Origin: Aciduliprofundum boonei T469
Lineage (GTDB): Archaea; Thermoplasmatota; Thermoplasmata; Thermoplasmatales; Aciduliprofundaceae
DNA: 32,000 nucleotides
Assembly: GCF_000025665.1 (NCBI RefSeq)
Contig: NC_013926.1
Location: 60,001 to 92,000 of the forward strand
Direction: 5' to 3'
Below are positions 1 to 8,200 of the stretch, one piece after another (position 1 is the stretch's first letter; the number at the start of each line of letters is the position of its first letter). The position numbers and the translations under genes are program-made. Below the pieces are notes generated by a model. The model ran no database searches, was not told the DNA's origin, and was given only the letters and a program-made list of their open reading frames with translations.

Positions 1-158
1 ATTTCCAGAAAAACTCTGTAAGAAAAGATGACGCCTCCTTTGAAGAACTAGAATTGAGCTATAATGGAAAAATCGTAGTAGGCGTGTTTAGAGATGTTCA
101 GGGCATACCCACTTACGAGGAAAGATATGAAGACATAATAAGGAGGGCTCGAAAATGA
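1..158 (+). CDS. 2-oxoacid:ferredoxin oxidoreductase beta subunit, C-terminal fragment (5' end outside window)
   Basis: Frame 3 is open from the window edge to TGA 156-158. It reads FQKNSVRKDDASFEELELSYNGKIVVGVFRDVQGIPTYEERYEDIIRRARK. The GVF...PTYEE tail resembles beta-subunit C-termini of POR/KOR enzymes as I remember them. The stop overlaps the ATG of the gamma subunit (ATGA, 155-158). It is absent from the ORF track because it has no start in the window. Confidence 0.6.
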   Translation, partial: FQKNSVRKDDASFEELELSYNGKIVVGVFRDVQGIPTYEERYEDIIRRARK

Positions 159-700
159 GAATAGAAATAAAATTCGGTGGTTTGGGTGGTCAAGGTATAA
201 TCACTGCAGGATACATAACCGCCAAGGCTGCTGCGATTTATGACGGAAAGGAGAGCGCATTTACTCAAGATTACAGCGCAGAAGCAAGAGGAGGAGCAAG
301 TACGAGTGAGGTAATAATTTCCAATGAGAAAATTACATACCCTCAGGTTCTAAACGCTGATTACCTCGTTCTAATGAGCCAGAGCGCTTACAGAGATTAC
401 CTCGATAAATTAAAAGAAGGAGGTACATTGATAATTGATGAGGACTTGGTGAAACCGGATGAGAAGGCAAAGAATTTCAAAATATACAAAATTCCAGCAA
501 CAAGATTTGCAGAAGAAATCGGAAATTCTATCGTGGCAAATATTGTGATGCTCGGATTCTTCACCGCAATAACAGGAGTCGTATCTAAAGATGCTATGTG
601 GAAATCCATAGAGGAGAGAATACCAAAGAGATTTCTGGAACTCAACGAAAGGGCGTTCCTGAAGGGCTATGATTACGGAGAAAAAATGAAAAAAGAATAA
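155..700 (+). CDS. 2-oxoacid:ferredoxin oxidoreductase gamma subunit (the beta-then-gamma order is KOR/OOR-like)
   Basis: 181 aa. The N-terminus MRIEIKFGGLGGQGIITAG carries the GGQG signature of POR/KOR gamma subunits. It is translationally coupled to the upstream fragment. Confidence 0.85.
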   Translation: MRIEIKFGGLGGQGIITAGYITAKAAAIYDGKESAFTQDYSAEARGGASTSEVIISNEKITYPQVLNADYLVLMSQSAYRDYLDKLKEGGTLIIDEDLVKPDEKAKNFKIYKIPATRFAEEIGNSIVANIVMLGFFTAITGVVSKDAMWKSIEERIPKRFLELNERAFLKGYDYGEKMKKE

Positions 701-702
701 AT

Positions 703-2004
703 TTATTTTACAAGTTCTAAAAATTTATATGCTTCAACACCTTCATTGAAGCAGTAATGGATGGTGTTGAACTCTTCTTTTAATTCTTTTACATCTTTCT
801 TCACACCTTCTATATCTCCATCCACTGCAACTCTCTTTATCAACTCTGCTACATATTTCATTTCATTCTCTTTCATACCTAAACGGGTTAATTCCTGCAC
901 CCCGAGCCTTATCCCGCTTGGATTTCTAGGCTTCTTTGGATCATCATAGGGCAATAGATTGTAATTACAGATAATATTTGCCTTCTCTAAATCCTCGGCA
1001 ACCTTTCTTCCACCACCTTGAGCCACCACATCCACAAGTACCGTATGGCTCTTCGTAAATCCATTTTTCTCTCCAAGCACCTTGAATCCAAGCTCGTACA
1101 ATTCTTGAGCCAATGTTTGAGCATTCTTCACAACTTGCTCTGCATACTGCTTTCCAAATTCGATATGCTCAGCAAGGGTTATGGCCAGAGCAGCCATATG
1201 GTGCAAATGATGATTGCTTATCACTCCCGGAAAAACGCCCCGTTGAATTTTCTTCCAAAACTTATCCCTTTTCTCCTCATCCCCGGGAGGATTTGCCAGT
1301 ATCATTCCCCTCTGCGGTCCGGGAAGAGTTTTGTGGGTACTTCCCGTCATAACATGAGCTCCCTCCCTCAAAGGATCTTGGAACTGTCCACCCGCGATTA
1401 ATCCAAGAACATGGGCTCCATCATACCATACCGTCGTGCCTGCTTCTTGGAAAGCATCTTGCAATTCTTTTAAAGGTGCGGGGAATAGAAAAACGCTCAT
1501 TCCAAACAGGGCTACCTTGGGTTTTACTATTTTTATCAGCTTCGCACTCATATCAACATCTATGTTCATCTCCTCCACATCAAATGGATACTCTATCTTG
1601 TGAACTCCTCTCATTCCCACAGCTCCAAATTTTGCACTGCTTATATGGGCCCCACCTTGCAATGGAGGACCTGTTATAACATCTCCCGGCTTTGTTAATG
1701 CGAAGAGTACTGCTTGATTTGCATTTGTTCCACTTATTGGGCGAACATCGGCATAATCCACCTTGAACAACTTTTTTGCAAGCTCTGTGGTTAGTTCTTC
1801 AATCTGATCAACATAGATATTGCCCTGATAATAACGCTTACCTGGAAGTCCTTCAGCATATCTGTTATGCAAATCCGATATCAAGAATTCTTGAGCCATA
1901 GGACTTATTAAATTCTCAGAGGCAATCATCGGAAGCGAGTCACGAAACCACTCTGTATGCTTTTTAACAAGCTCTTTTATTTTTAGGGCATCTTCTAGAC
2001 TCAT
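703..2004 (-). CDS. glyA: serine hydroxymethyltransferase
   Basis: 433 aa with SHMT signatures MIASENLISP, GKRYYQG and GSTHKTLPGPQRG (PLP-lysine motif). The SD GGTGAT (2006-2011, minus strand) precedes the ATG. Only 28 nt separate it from the pfpI stop, so co-transcription is likely. Confidence 0.95.
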   Translation of the reverse strand: MSLEDALKIKELVKKHTEWFRDSLPMIASENLISPMAQEFLISDLHNRYAEGLPGKRYYQGNIYVDQIEELTTELAKKLFKVDYADVRPISGTNANQAVLFALTKPGDVITGPPLQGGAHISSAKFGAVGMRGVHKIEYPFDVEEMNIDVDMSAKLIKIVKPKVALFGMSVFLFPAPLKELQDAFQEAGTTVWYDGAHVLGLIAGGQFQDPLREGAHVMTGSTHKTLPGPQRGMILANPPGDEEKRDKFWKKIQRGVFPGVISNHHLHHMAALAITLAEHIEFGKQYAEQVVKNAQTLAQELYELGFKVLGEKNGFTKSHTVLVDVVAQGGGRKVAEDLEKANIICNYNLLPYDDPKKPRNPSGIRLGVQELTRLGMKENEMKYVAELIKRVAVDGDIEGVKKDVKELKEEFNTIHYCFNEGVEAYKFLELVK

Positions 2005-2032
2005 AAGATCACCAAAGGTATATAGAACTCGG

Positions 2033-2542
2033 CTATAATAACTTTCTATTTCTCAATAGTTCTATAAACTTTTTCATCCACTCTGCCAGATCTCCAGGAT
2101 GCCTAGCAGATACAATATTTCCATCTACAGAGACACCATCCACAAACTCTCCTCCAGCCACAATCAGATCATCCTTTACCCCGTACCAGCAGGCCATCTT
2201 CCTTCCCTTTACAACTCCCGCGGATATTAGAACTTGCACACCGTGGCATATTATAGCTACTGGCTTATTCTCATTGAAAAAATGCTTCACTATATCCACA
2301 GCTTTTTTCTGCAATCTAACTCTCTCAGGAGATTTACCACCTGGAATTACCAGTATATCAAAATCATCAGGATTAACCTCATCATAATCAATATCCGCCT
2401 TTAAGCTATAACCTCTCTTTCCTTTAAGCTCTTTCTGAGACGATGCTACGAGCATCTCTATTCCCTCTTCTCTGAGACGATGATATGGATAGAACAGTTC
2501 TAAATCTTCAAAATCATTTTCAGCAAGGATTAGGCCTTTCAT
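2033..2542 (-). CDS. pfpI: DJ-1/PfpI family intracellular protease/deglycase
   Basis: 169 aa with the class-I glutamine-amidotransferase-like nucleophile elbow AIICHGVQVL (Cys-His). Size and layout match Pyrococcus PfpI. Confidence 0.85.
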   Translation of the reverse strand: MKGLILAENDFEDLELFYPYHRLREEGIEMLVASSQKELKGKRGYSLKADIDYDEVNPDDFDILVIPGGKSPERVRLQKKAVDIVKHFFNENKPVAIICHGVQVLISAGVVKGRKMACWYGVKDDLIVAGGEFVDGVSVDGNIVSARHPGDLAEWMKKFIELLRNRKLL

Positions 2543-2598
2543 ATGTAGAGTATTTGAAACTCTTGTATTTAATTTTTCCTTTATTTAAATCCACAAAG

Positions 2599-2608
2599 TT
2601 TATATAAA
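2599..2608 (+). promoter_or_regulatory. TATA-box-like element upstream of the 2628 gene
   Basis: TTTATATAAA is centred about 25 nt upstream of the GTG at 2628. This spacing would give a leaderless or near-leaderless mRNA. AT-rich context, so weak evidence. Confidence 0.4.
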
Positions 2609-2627
2609 GTGTAAATTTAGAGCCTCT

Positions 2628-3584
2628 GTGAGGAAAATAGGTGCTATTGTATTGACTATTCTCATCTTATCTATTGCATTTTTCGTATTTATTGTACCTC
2701 TTTTTAATGATTATTCTACCCCTCCAAGCTTTAGAATTACTCATATGGACGGGGGGTTATTTGTAAGATGGTATTCCAAGGTGCCACTTATCGGCAAAAT
2801 CGAATTAGATGGAAAAAACTACACTGAAAATTGCCCCGTTATGCTCCACAAGATATTTGTTCCCTATTTCAAAAGAGCTACTCATATAAGGATAGTTGAG
2901 ATGGATAGAAAAATTGAAGTGCATTCGTTTTGCATCAACATAAAAAACATAAAAAATAGCCCAATTATCATTGGACTCTACAATTACTCAGAAATTATAA
3001 ATATCTCGGTTATCTCAAAATTGGAATTTGAAGAACAAAATTTTAAAATTGAGAAAATTGTATCAAATAATTTTTCAAGTATTCAAAAATTATGCTCATA
3101 TGATGCGGTTGTATTTCCTAATGGAGATATAAATCACATCATGGGTTCATTGACATATCCCGAAAGAGAGAACTTAGTGAGATATGTTAGGGAAGGGGGC
3201 TCTTTCTTGGGTATATCAGCAGGAGCTTCAATAATATCCAAATATGTTATTTGGAAAAATAAAGATTATGAAAATTGCAATTTCTCTCTTTACCCTGGAA
3301 AACTCATCGGTCCGCTGAACTCAATTGAAATCTTTAAAAATAGTACTAAAATAAGGAGGTACACAGGTTTCTCCTCAGAAATCAACTTGACCAATGCATC
3401 ATATTTTACATATTCAGGCAATATATCAATTATCGCCACATACGAAAATCCAAACAGGCCTGCAGCTATAAAGTTCAACATAGATGGAGGAAGAGTTCTC
3501 CTTTTCGGATTTGATTTATGCAATATCAAAAATAAAAAGTTATCTGAGCTAATATCTTCTGAGATTGAATGGCTAGTTCTATAA
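2628..3584 (+). CDS. membrane-anchored, probably extracellular protein with a class-I glutamine-amidotransferase-like / S51-peptidase-like or BPL_N-like C-terminal domain; function unknown
   Basis: 318 aa with a GTG start. The N-terminal hydrophobic segment AIVLTILILSIAFFVFIVPLF is a signal anchor. There are nine N-x-S/T sequons. The motif REGGSFLGISAGASII has the GxSAGA nucleophile elbow, with Ser where amidotransferases carry Cys. Hand-counted GC is very low, 23% in 2941-3060. Confidence 0.55.
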   Translation: MRKIGAIVLTILILSIAFFVFIVPLFNDYSTPPSFRITHMDGGLFVRWYSKVPLIGKIELDGKNYTENCPVMLHKIFVPYFKRATHIRIVEMDRKIEVHSFCINIKNIKNSPIIIGLYNYSEIINISVISKLEFEEQNFKIEKIVSNNFSSIQKLCSYDAVVFPNGDINHIMGSLTYPERENLVRYVREGGSFLGISAGASIISKYVIWKNKDYENCNFSLYPGKLIGPLNSIEIFKNSTKIRRYTGFSSEINLTNASYFTYSGNISIIATYENPNRPAAIKFNIDGGRVLLFGFDLCNIKNKKLSELISSEIEWLVL

Positions 3585-3641
3585 CTAACTCTCAATTCAA
3601 TCTTGCACAAATTCTTATACAAGAATTACCATAAAGCCAAG

Positions 3642-5549
3642 ATGAAGTTCAATGTATGCATGCGTGATTGCTACGATACTTGCTCATTGATAAGTGAGAT
3701 GAAAGATGGAAAAATGCGAGTTAGAGCAAACCCAAAAAATAAAGTAACCAGCAATTTTCTGTGTCCAAAAGGGGCCTTACTTCCAAAATGGTTATACAGC
3801 AAGGAAAGAGTAAAAACCCCTCTAAATCGCAAGGGAAAAAAGCCCTCTTTATCATTCAATCCTACCTCTTGGGATAATGCCATGAGTATTATAGCAAAAA
3901 AGATAAAGGATACAATTAAAGGATACGGAGAGAGCTCCGTACTTCTATACTACTATTATGGAGATAGAGGTTTTGTGAATGCGAATTTTCCACATAGATT
4001 GTTCAATTATATCAACGCAAGCATAATCGAGGATACCATCTGTGATCGCTCAGGAGAAGAAGCTCTCAAAGATATCTATGGCACATCTCAGGGCATGGAT
4101 CCAGAGGAACTGGAAAATGAAAATTTAATTGTATATTGGGGCATCAACGCGGCATGGACAAACATACACGGATTTTATCTGACAAAGAGATTGGGTCTGG
4201 ACATATGGAATGTTGATGTAGTAAAAACAAAGACTGCAAAGATGTCAAATAAGTTCTTTATGATAAAACCAGAAACGGATGTACTTTTTGCTCTGGGAAT
4301 TGCAAAAATAATCGTAGATAGGAACTTGTATGATGAAAAATTTGTTGAAACATATACGAGAGGATTTGAAGATTTCAAAGAGTATCTGAAATCAATAGAT
4401 TTAAATTTCGTGGCGGAAGAGAGCGGGATAGACATAGAGAAAATCGAAGATTTTGCCATAAACTATGCTAGGGAGAGAGGAATTGTACATATCGGGTATG
4501 GCTTTCAAAGAACAATAAACGGTGGGGAGGCAGTTAGAGCCATATCTATTTTACCTGCATTGATCGGAAAGAAGAGGGGGTTCATTTACAGTAATCGTAT
4601 ACTTCCGCGGAATTATGTACGGGGAATTTCTCTAAGAAAGAAGGGAGGGTATAGAATAACACATATGGAATTAGCAGATTACATAGAAGATGAAAAGATT
4701 AAGTTCGTATTCATTTACGGAACAAATCCATTTGCCACCTTACCAAATCAGAGGAAATTGAGAGATGCAGTATTGAGTAGCGATGTGTTCATTGTCTTGC
4801 ACGATATTTTTCTAACAGACACCGCTTTATTTTCCGATATTTTTCTCCCATCAAACACATTCTTCGAGAGAGTAGATATTGCTGATTCTTATTACCATCG
4901 ATACATTTCATTCAATGACAAACTCACGAAAATAAGTGGAAAGAGCAATAGCGATGTTGCAAGGATGTTAGCTAAAGCAATGAATTTGAAAGAGAAAACG
5001 CTATATGAGAAGGACGAAGAAATTATAAGAAAAACTCTAAATGTTCTTGGCATATCTTATAAAAGGCTTAAAGAAAGAGGAGTGTTGAAAATTCCAATAG
5101 ACTCTTATGAGCCAAAGACGGAGAGCGGTAAAATTGAAATAAGCTCCTCCCGCGCCAAAAATAGGGGTCTAAACGCTTTTCCAACATATATGCCGATAAA
5201 AGGAAGAGGGTTAAAACTCATAAGTGCCACATATCTTTTTACTATATCCTCTCAATATTACAATACCTATGGATATGTGGATACAAACATATATTTAAAT
5301 CCCGAAGATGCACTGGATAGGGGAATAAAAGACGGCGCTAAAGTCAGAGTTTTCAATGAATACGGTGAGATAATAACAAATGCAAAGATTAGCCATGATA
5401 TTCAGAGAGGTATAGCCCTCATGTACAAAGCATTCTGGCCAATGAAAATCGGATGGAATGCAAATTTCTTAACCCCAAACAAAATGAATGAAAAATATGG
5501 AAAAGGAACTACTTTACACTCTGTATGGGTAGAGGTGGAAAGGATTTAA
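3642..5549 (+). CDS. molybdopterin (bis-MGD, Mo or W) oxidoreductase, MopB superfamily, single-subunit cytoplasmic type; substrate unknown
   Basis: The start is moved to ATG 3642 (MKFNVCMRDCYDTCSL...FLCPKG), which places the N-terminal 4Fe-4S Cys cluster at the extreme N-terminus as is usual for MopB enzymes. The C-terminal segment DALDRGIKDGAKVRVFNEYGEIITNAKISHDIQRGIALM is a typical molydopterin dinucleotide-binding barrel. There is no twin-arginine signal. Confidence 0.8.
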   Translation: MKFNVCMRDCYDTCSLISEMKDGKMRVRANPKNKVTSNFLCPKGALLPKWLYSKERVKTPLNRKGKKPSLSFNPTSWDNAMSIIAKKIKDTIKGYGESSVLLYYYYGDRGFVNANFPHRLFNYINASIIEDTICDRSGEEALKDIYGTSQGMDPEELENENLIVYWGINAAWTNIHGFYLTKRLGLDIWNVDVVKTKTAKMSNKFFMIKPETDVLFALGIAKIIVDRNLYDEKFVETYTRGFEDFKEYLKSIDLNFVAEESGIDIEKIEDFAINYARERGIVHIGYGFQRTINGGEAVRAISILPALIGKKRGFIYSNRILPRNYVRGISLRKKGGYRITHMELADYIEDEKIKFVFIYGTNPFATLPNQRKLRDAVLSSDVFIVLHDIFLTDTALFSDIFLPSNTFFERVDIADSYYHRYISFNDKLTKISGKSNSDVARMLAKAMNLKEKTLYEKDEEIIRKTLNVLGISYKRLKERGVLKIPIDSYEPKTESGKIEISSSRAKNRGLNAFPTYMPIKGRGLKLISATYLFTISSQYYNTYGYVDTNIYLNPEDALDRGIKDGAKVRVFNEYGEIITNAKISHDIQRGIALMYKAFWPMKIGWNANFLTPNKMNEKYGKGTTLHSVWVEVERI

Positions 5550-7120
5550 ACATCAATCTCTTCTATCTTTAATTTCATAGGTTCCAATGGTTTATCTACA
5601 TCAATTCCGTTCTTCATTGCCCATTTCCTTATACTTCTAACAAGAAGCCTAGAACCCATCTTGGCAAGAGGTGCAAACACAAGAAACGCTGGGTTTCCAC
5701 GAGTCACCCTCTTCAATCCATGATCCACTTCCCATGCAAGATGTCTCCATGCATGATATATGTGCATCACTCTTCCAGGAGTGAGTTGCTCTTGGATATT
5801 GAATCCTTCCTCATCTTTTAAAGCAGCCATAGGAACAAATGCCAAAGGCGTAACCGTGAAATGTGCCTTCTCTCCAAGTTTTTCACGCAATTTCTTCTCC
5901 ATAGTTATGATTAACCTTGCTGTATCATACCCGTCTTCATCAGTCTCCCCGGGCAATCCCACGATGCTCGTGTATGCTGGAAACCAGAAAAATTTGTTAA
6001 ATGCATATGTCCCATTTAGCAAAACCCATGGCCATTCCTCCGGGCTAAAGGGCTTCATCTTATTATTAGCTATTCTTTTAATTAATTCTGGAGAAGCAGT
6101 TTCAAATCCAACCTGAATTCCCACCCACCGGTTTATATTTGCATGATTTAATTCAGCCACTCTCTTTAATATTCTAGGTGCGGCCAATCCTCCGGCAGCA
6201 GTACCGTGAGTTGGATTAGCAAATTCAACATGTTTCAATACTTCCTCAAAGAGTCCTATCACTGCATCTTCATTTGGATAAAAATTTCTTCTATCCTCAA
6301 CCATATAATTGAATATATCTTCACTGTGAAGCCAAGCGGTTTTCTGCCCCGCTCTTATGTTTACTTTAAGCTCTGCCAAAATTTTTTCAATTGGGTAGAA
6401 CCTTGCAGTTCTCAAATTGGGCGAGCAAAATGTGCAACCTCTACCGCAACCACGCATCACCTCTATCATTCCCTTGAAAGTTGGGGCAACAATGTTCGGT
6501 ATCTCTTCAAGCTTGGGCCAAGATTTTATATGAATAATTTTTTCAGCATTTCCTGATTCTATATCCCTGAAAACATCCCCTATAACATGCTCAGTTTCTC
6601 CAATCATTATATGATCTACTCTTAACTCTTCAGTTAGCTTTTCTTTAACTTCAAGCTGCCAAGAGCCTGGACCTCCTACTTCTATCTTAAACTTATATCC
6701 TTTCTTTTCTCTATAATCCCTTATTCTACGCATTAAAGATGTAAATTTTAGTTTTGTGTACGAGGTTAATTTTCCACCTTGAGTAAACATCATAGTAACA
6801 GGGCCAAGACCATAGGGGTCCATTGTATTAACTCCCACTATCGTTGTTTTCTCATCTATGAATCTCTCCACATACCTTGGATGTGCCACAACAATTTCAT
6901 CTCTATTAAATCCTTGATGCAGAAGGGCCGCTTCCACCTTTCTTAATCCATAAGGAGCAAAGGTTAATTTTCCATTATCATCAGGCACCTGCGTATCTAA
7001 GAAATTGTATATGGGTTTAGGTACATGCTCCACCGGAGCACATCCAAGGAAATCAAGAAGAGGTATGTGCCTGTATGTGCTAGTAAGCGTTTCATCCGCA
7101 GTTAGCACTATTCTTGTCAT
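5546..7120 (-). CDS. radical SAM protein with an N-terminal B12-binding-like domain; function unknown
   Basis: 524 aa with the CX3CX2C motif in MRGCGRGCTFCSPN. The N-terminal region is Rossmann-like (RIVLTADETL...IVGVNTMDPYGLGP...EVGGPGSWQL). A strong SD AGGAGGTGA (7126-7134, minus strand) lies 5 nt before the ATG at 7120. Confidence 0.8.
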   Translation of the reverse strand: MTRIVLTADETLTSTYRHIPLLDFLGCAPVEHVPKPIYNFLDTQVPDDNGKLTFAPYGLRKVEAALLHQGFNRDEIVVAHPRYVERFIDEKTTIVGVNTMDPYGLGPVTMMFTQGGKLTSYTKLKFTSLMRRIRDYREKKGYKFKIEVGGPGSWQLEVKEKLTEELRVDHIMIGETEHVIGDVFRDIESGNAEKIIHIKSWPKLEEIPNIVAPTFKGMIEVMRGCGRGCTFCSPNLRTARFYPIEKILAELKVNIRAGQKTAWLHSEDIFNYMVEDRRNFYPNEDAVIGLFEEVLKHVEFANPTHGTAAGGLAAPRILKRVAELNHANINRWVGIQVGFETASPELIKRIANNKMKPFSPEEWPWVLLNGTYAFNKFFWFPAYTSIVGLPGETDEDGYDTARLIITMEKKLREKLGEKAHFTVTPLAFVPMAALKDEEGFNIQEQLTPGRVMHIYHAWRHLAWEVDHGLKRVTRGNPAFLVFAPLAKMGSRLLVRSIRKWAMKNGIDVDKPLEPMKLKIEEIDV

Positions 7121-7547
7121 TTAATTCACCTCCTTTTTTATAATCCTCTAAAATTTCTATCAAAGCGCCGAGATATTCTTTGGCTCTTGATAACTTCACA
7201 TATAACTCATCCACGGCATTCTTCTCCGTCTCCTTCAACAATTCCCTCTCCTCATCCACTATGCGCTGAAGCCTAGGAAGATCATGCTCATATATCTCCT
7301 GCACCAAGCGAATAAACACTGAGAGAATGTCACTTTCAGAGCTATAAAAGTATTTTTTCCCCATCTTTTTTCGTATAACAAGGTGCATCCGCATAAGGCG
7401 GTGCAAACTTCCAGTGACCCCCGAAATACTATAATTTAAACTTCTGCCAATTTCTTCGACATCCATATATCTATCCCAGATGAGCAACTCTGAGAGTACA
7501 TTAGCGTCCATATGGCCCAAGCCCGCCTTTGTAAATATCGTAGCCAT
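7092..7547 (-). CDS. winged-helix transcriptional regulator (COG1510 GbsR/MarR-like)
   Basis: The start is trimmed to ATG 7547 (MATIFTKAGLGHMDANVLSELL...), giving 151 aa. The wHTH segment is MDVEEIGRSLNYSISGVTGSLHRLMRMHLVIRKKMGKKYFY. The longer track ORF (to 7772) would run through the divergent promoter and into rpl10e. The 3' end overlaps the radical-SAM gene by 29 nt. Confidence 0.7.
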   Translation of the reverse strand: MATIFTKAGLGHMDANVLSELLIWDRYMDVEEIGRSLNYSISGVTGSLHRLMRMHLVIRKKMGKKYFYSSESDILSVFIRLVQEIYEHDLPRLQRIVDEERELLKETEKNAVDELYVKLSRAKEYLGALIEILEDYKKGGELNDKNSANCG

Positions 7548-7583
7548 GCTCTCTCTTATTTTTGTGAATCCATCTTTCTCAAA

Positions 7584-7601
7584 TTTCACAATTTTGTGAA
7601 A
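7584..7601. promoter_or_regulatory. perfect 18-bp palindrome TTTCACAA-TT-TTGTGAAA; candidate operator
   Basis: Read directly from the sequence. It lies between a TATA-like element (7605-7620) and the regulator ATG (7547). An extra half-site TTGTGAA sits at 7562-7568. Confidence 0.55.
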
Positions 7602-7604
7602 GTT

Positions 7605-7620
7605 GTAAAATATATAAATT
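7605..7620 (-). promoter_or_regulatory. TATA-like element for the regulator/radical-SAM operon
   Basis: The minus strand reads AAATTTATATATTTTA. The predicted TSS about 25 nt downstream falls inside the 7584-7601 palindrome. Confidence 0.4.
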
Positions 7621-7638
7621 TTATTCCTGCCATTTACC

Positions 7639-7651
7639 AAAAATATAAATA
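7639..7651 (+). promoter_or_regulatory. TATA-like element for rpl10e
   Basis: AAAATATAAATA lies about 35-45 nt upstream of ATG 7685. The SD GGTGAT (7675-7680) sits 4 nt before the ATG. Confidence 0.4.
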
Positions 7652-7684
7652 CCAAATTCCTAATCACGCCTAAAGGTGATATGA

Positions 7685-8200
7685 ATGGTAAGGAAGCCTG
7701 GAAGGATGTATCACAATATTGACGGTCCTGCTTACACTCGCCGCGAATATATGGGAGGAGTACCCAATCCAAAAATTGTGCATTTTGAAATGGGTAATGT
7801 TGATGCTAAAAATGATTTTCCAATTGAAGTTAGTCTTGTCATAAATGAGGCATGCCAGATTAGGCATACTGCTCTTGAGGCTGCCCGTATAATCGCAAAC
7901 AAGTATTTGGGCAAAATTGGTACTGCCAATTATTATCTCTGGATAAGAGTGTATCCACATCATGTTCTAAGGGAGCATAAAATGGCCACAGGCGCAGGAG
8001 CGGATAGAATTTCATCTGGAATGAGCCTCGCATTTGGAAAACCTGTGGGTACTGCTGCAAGAGTGCGAGAGGGTCAAGTTATAATGACAGCAAGGGTAAA
8101 CCCCCAGCATTTAGAGAGAGCAAAAAAGGCCTTAAAAGAGGCATCTTACAAATTGCCAGCTCCTTGCAGCATAGTGGTGAATAAGAGATCTGCAAATTAA
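7685..8200 (+). CDS. rpl10e: 50S ribosomal protein L10e (uL16)
   Basis: 171 aa. [38 protein letters not shown] is the characteristic L10e N-terminus. Confidence 0.95.
   Translation: MVRKPGRMYHNIDGPAYTRREYMGGVPNPKIVHFEMGNVDAKNDFPIEVSLVINEACQIRHTALEAARIIANKYLGKIGTANYYLWIRVYPHHVLREHKMATGAGADRISSGMSLAFGKPVGTAARVREGQVIMTARVNPQHLERAKKALKEASYKLPAPCSIVVNKRSAN

Noticed and set aside
3610-3627. Small inverted repeat AATTCTT-ATAC-AAGAATT 15 nt upstream of the MopB ATG
   Set aside because: The arms are 7 bp and almost entirely A/T in AT-rich DNA, so chance occurrence is likely. I saw no second copy or supporting signal.
3603-3641. TTG-initiated 13-codon extension of the molybdopterin oxidoreductase ORF
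   Set aside because: MopB enzymes normally start a few residues before the first cluster Cys. ATG 3642 gives MKFNVCMRDC. No SD or other support exists for the TTG.
7548-7772. N-terminal 75-codon extension of the track ORF 7092..7772 ([15 protein letters not shown]...)
   Set aside because: It runs through the AT-rich divergent promoter and overlaps the rpl10e start on the opposite strand. Its composition is not protein-like. The wHTH domain begins right after Met76 (ATG 7547).
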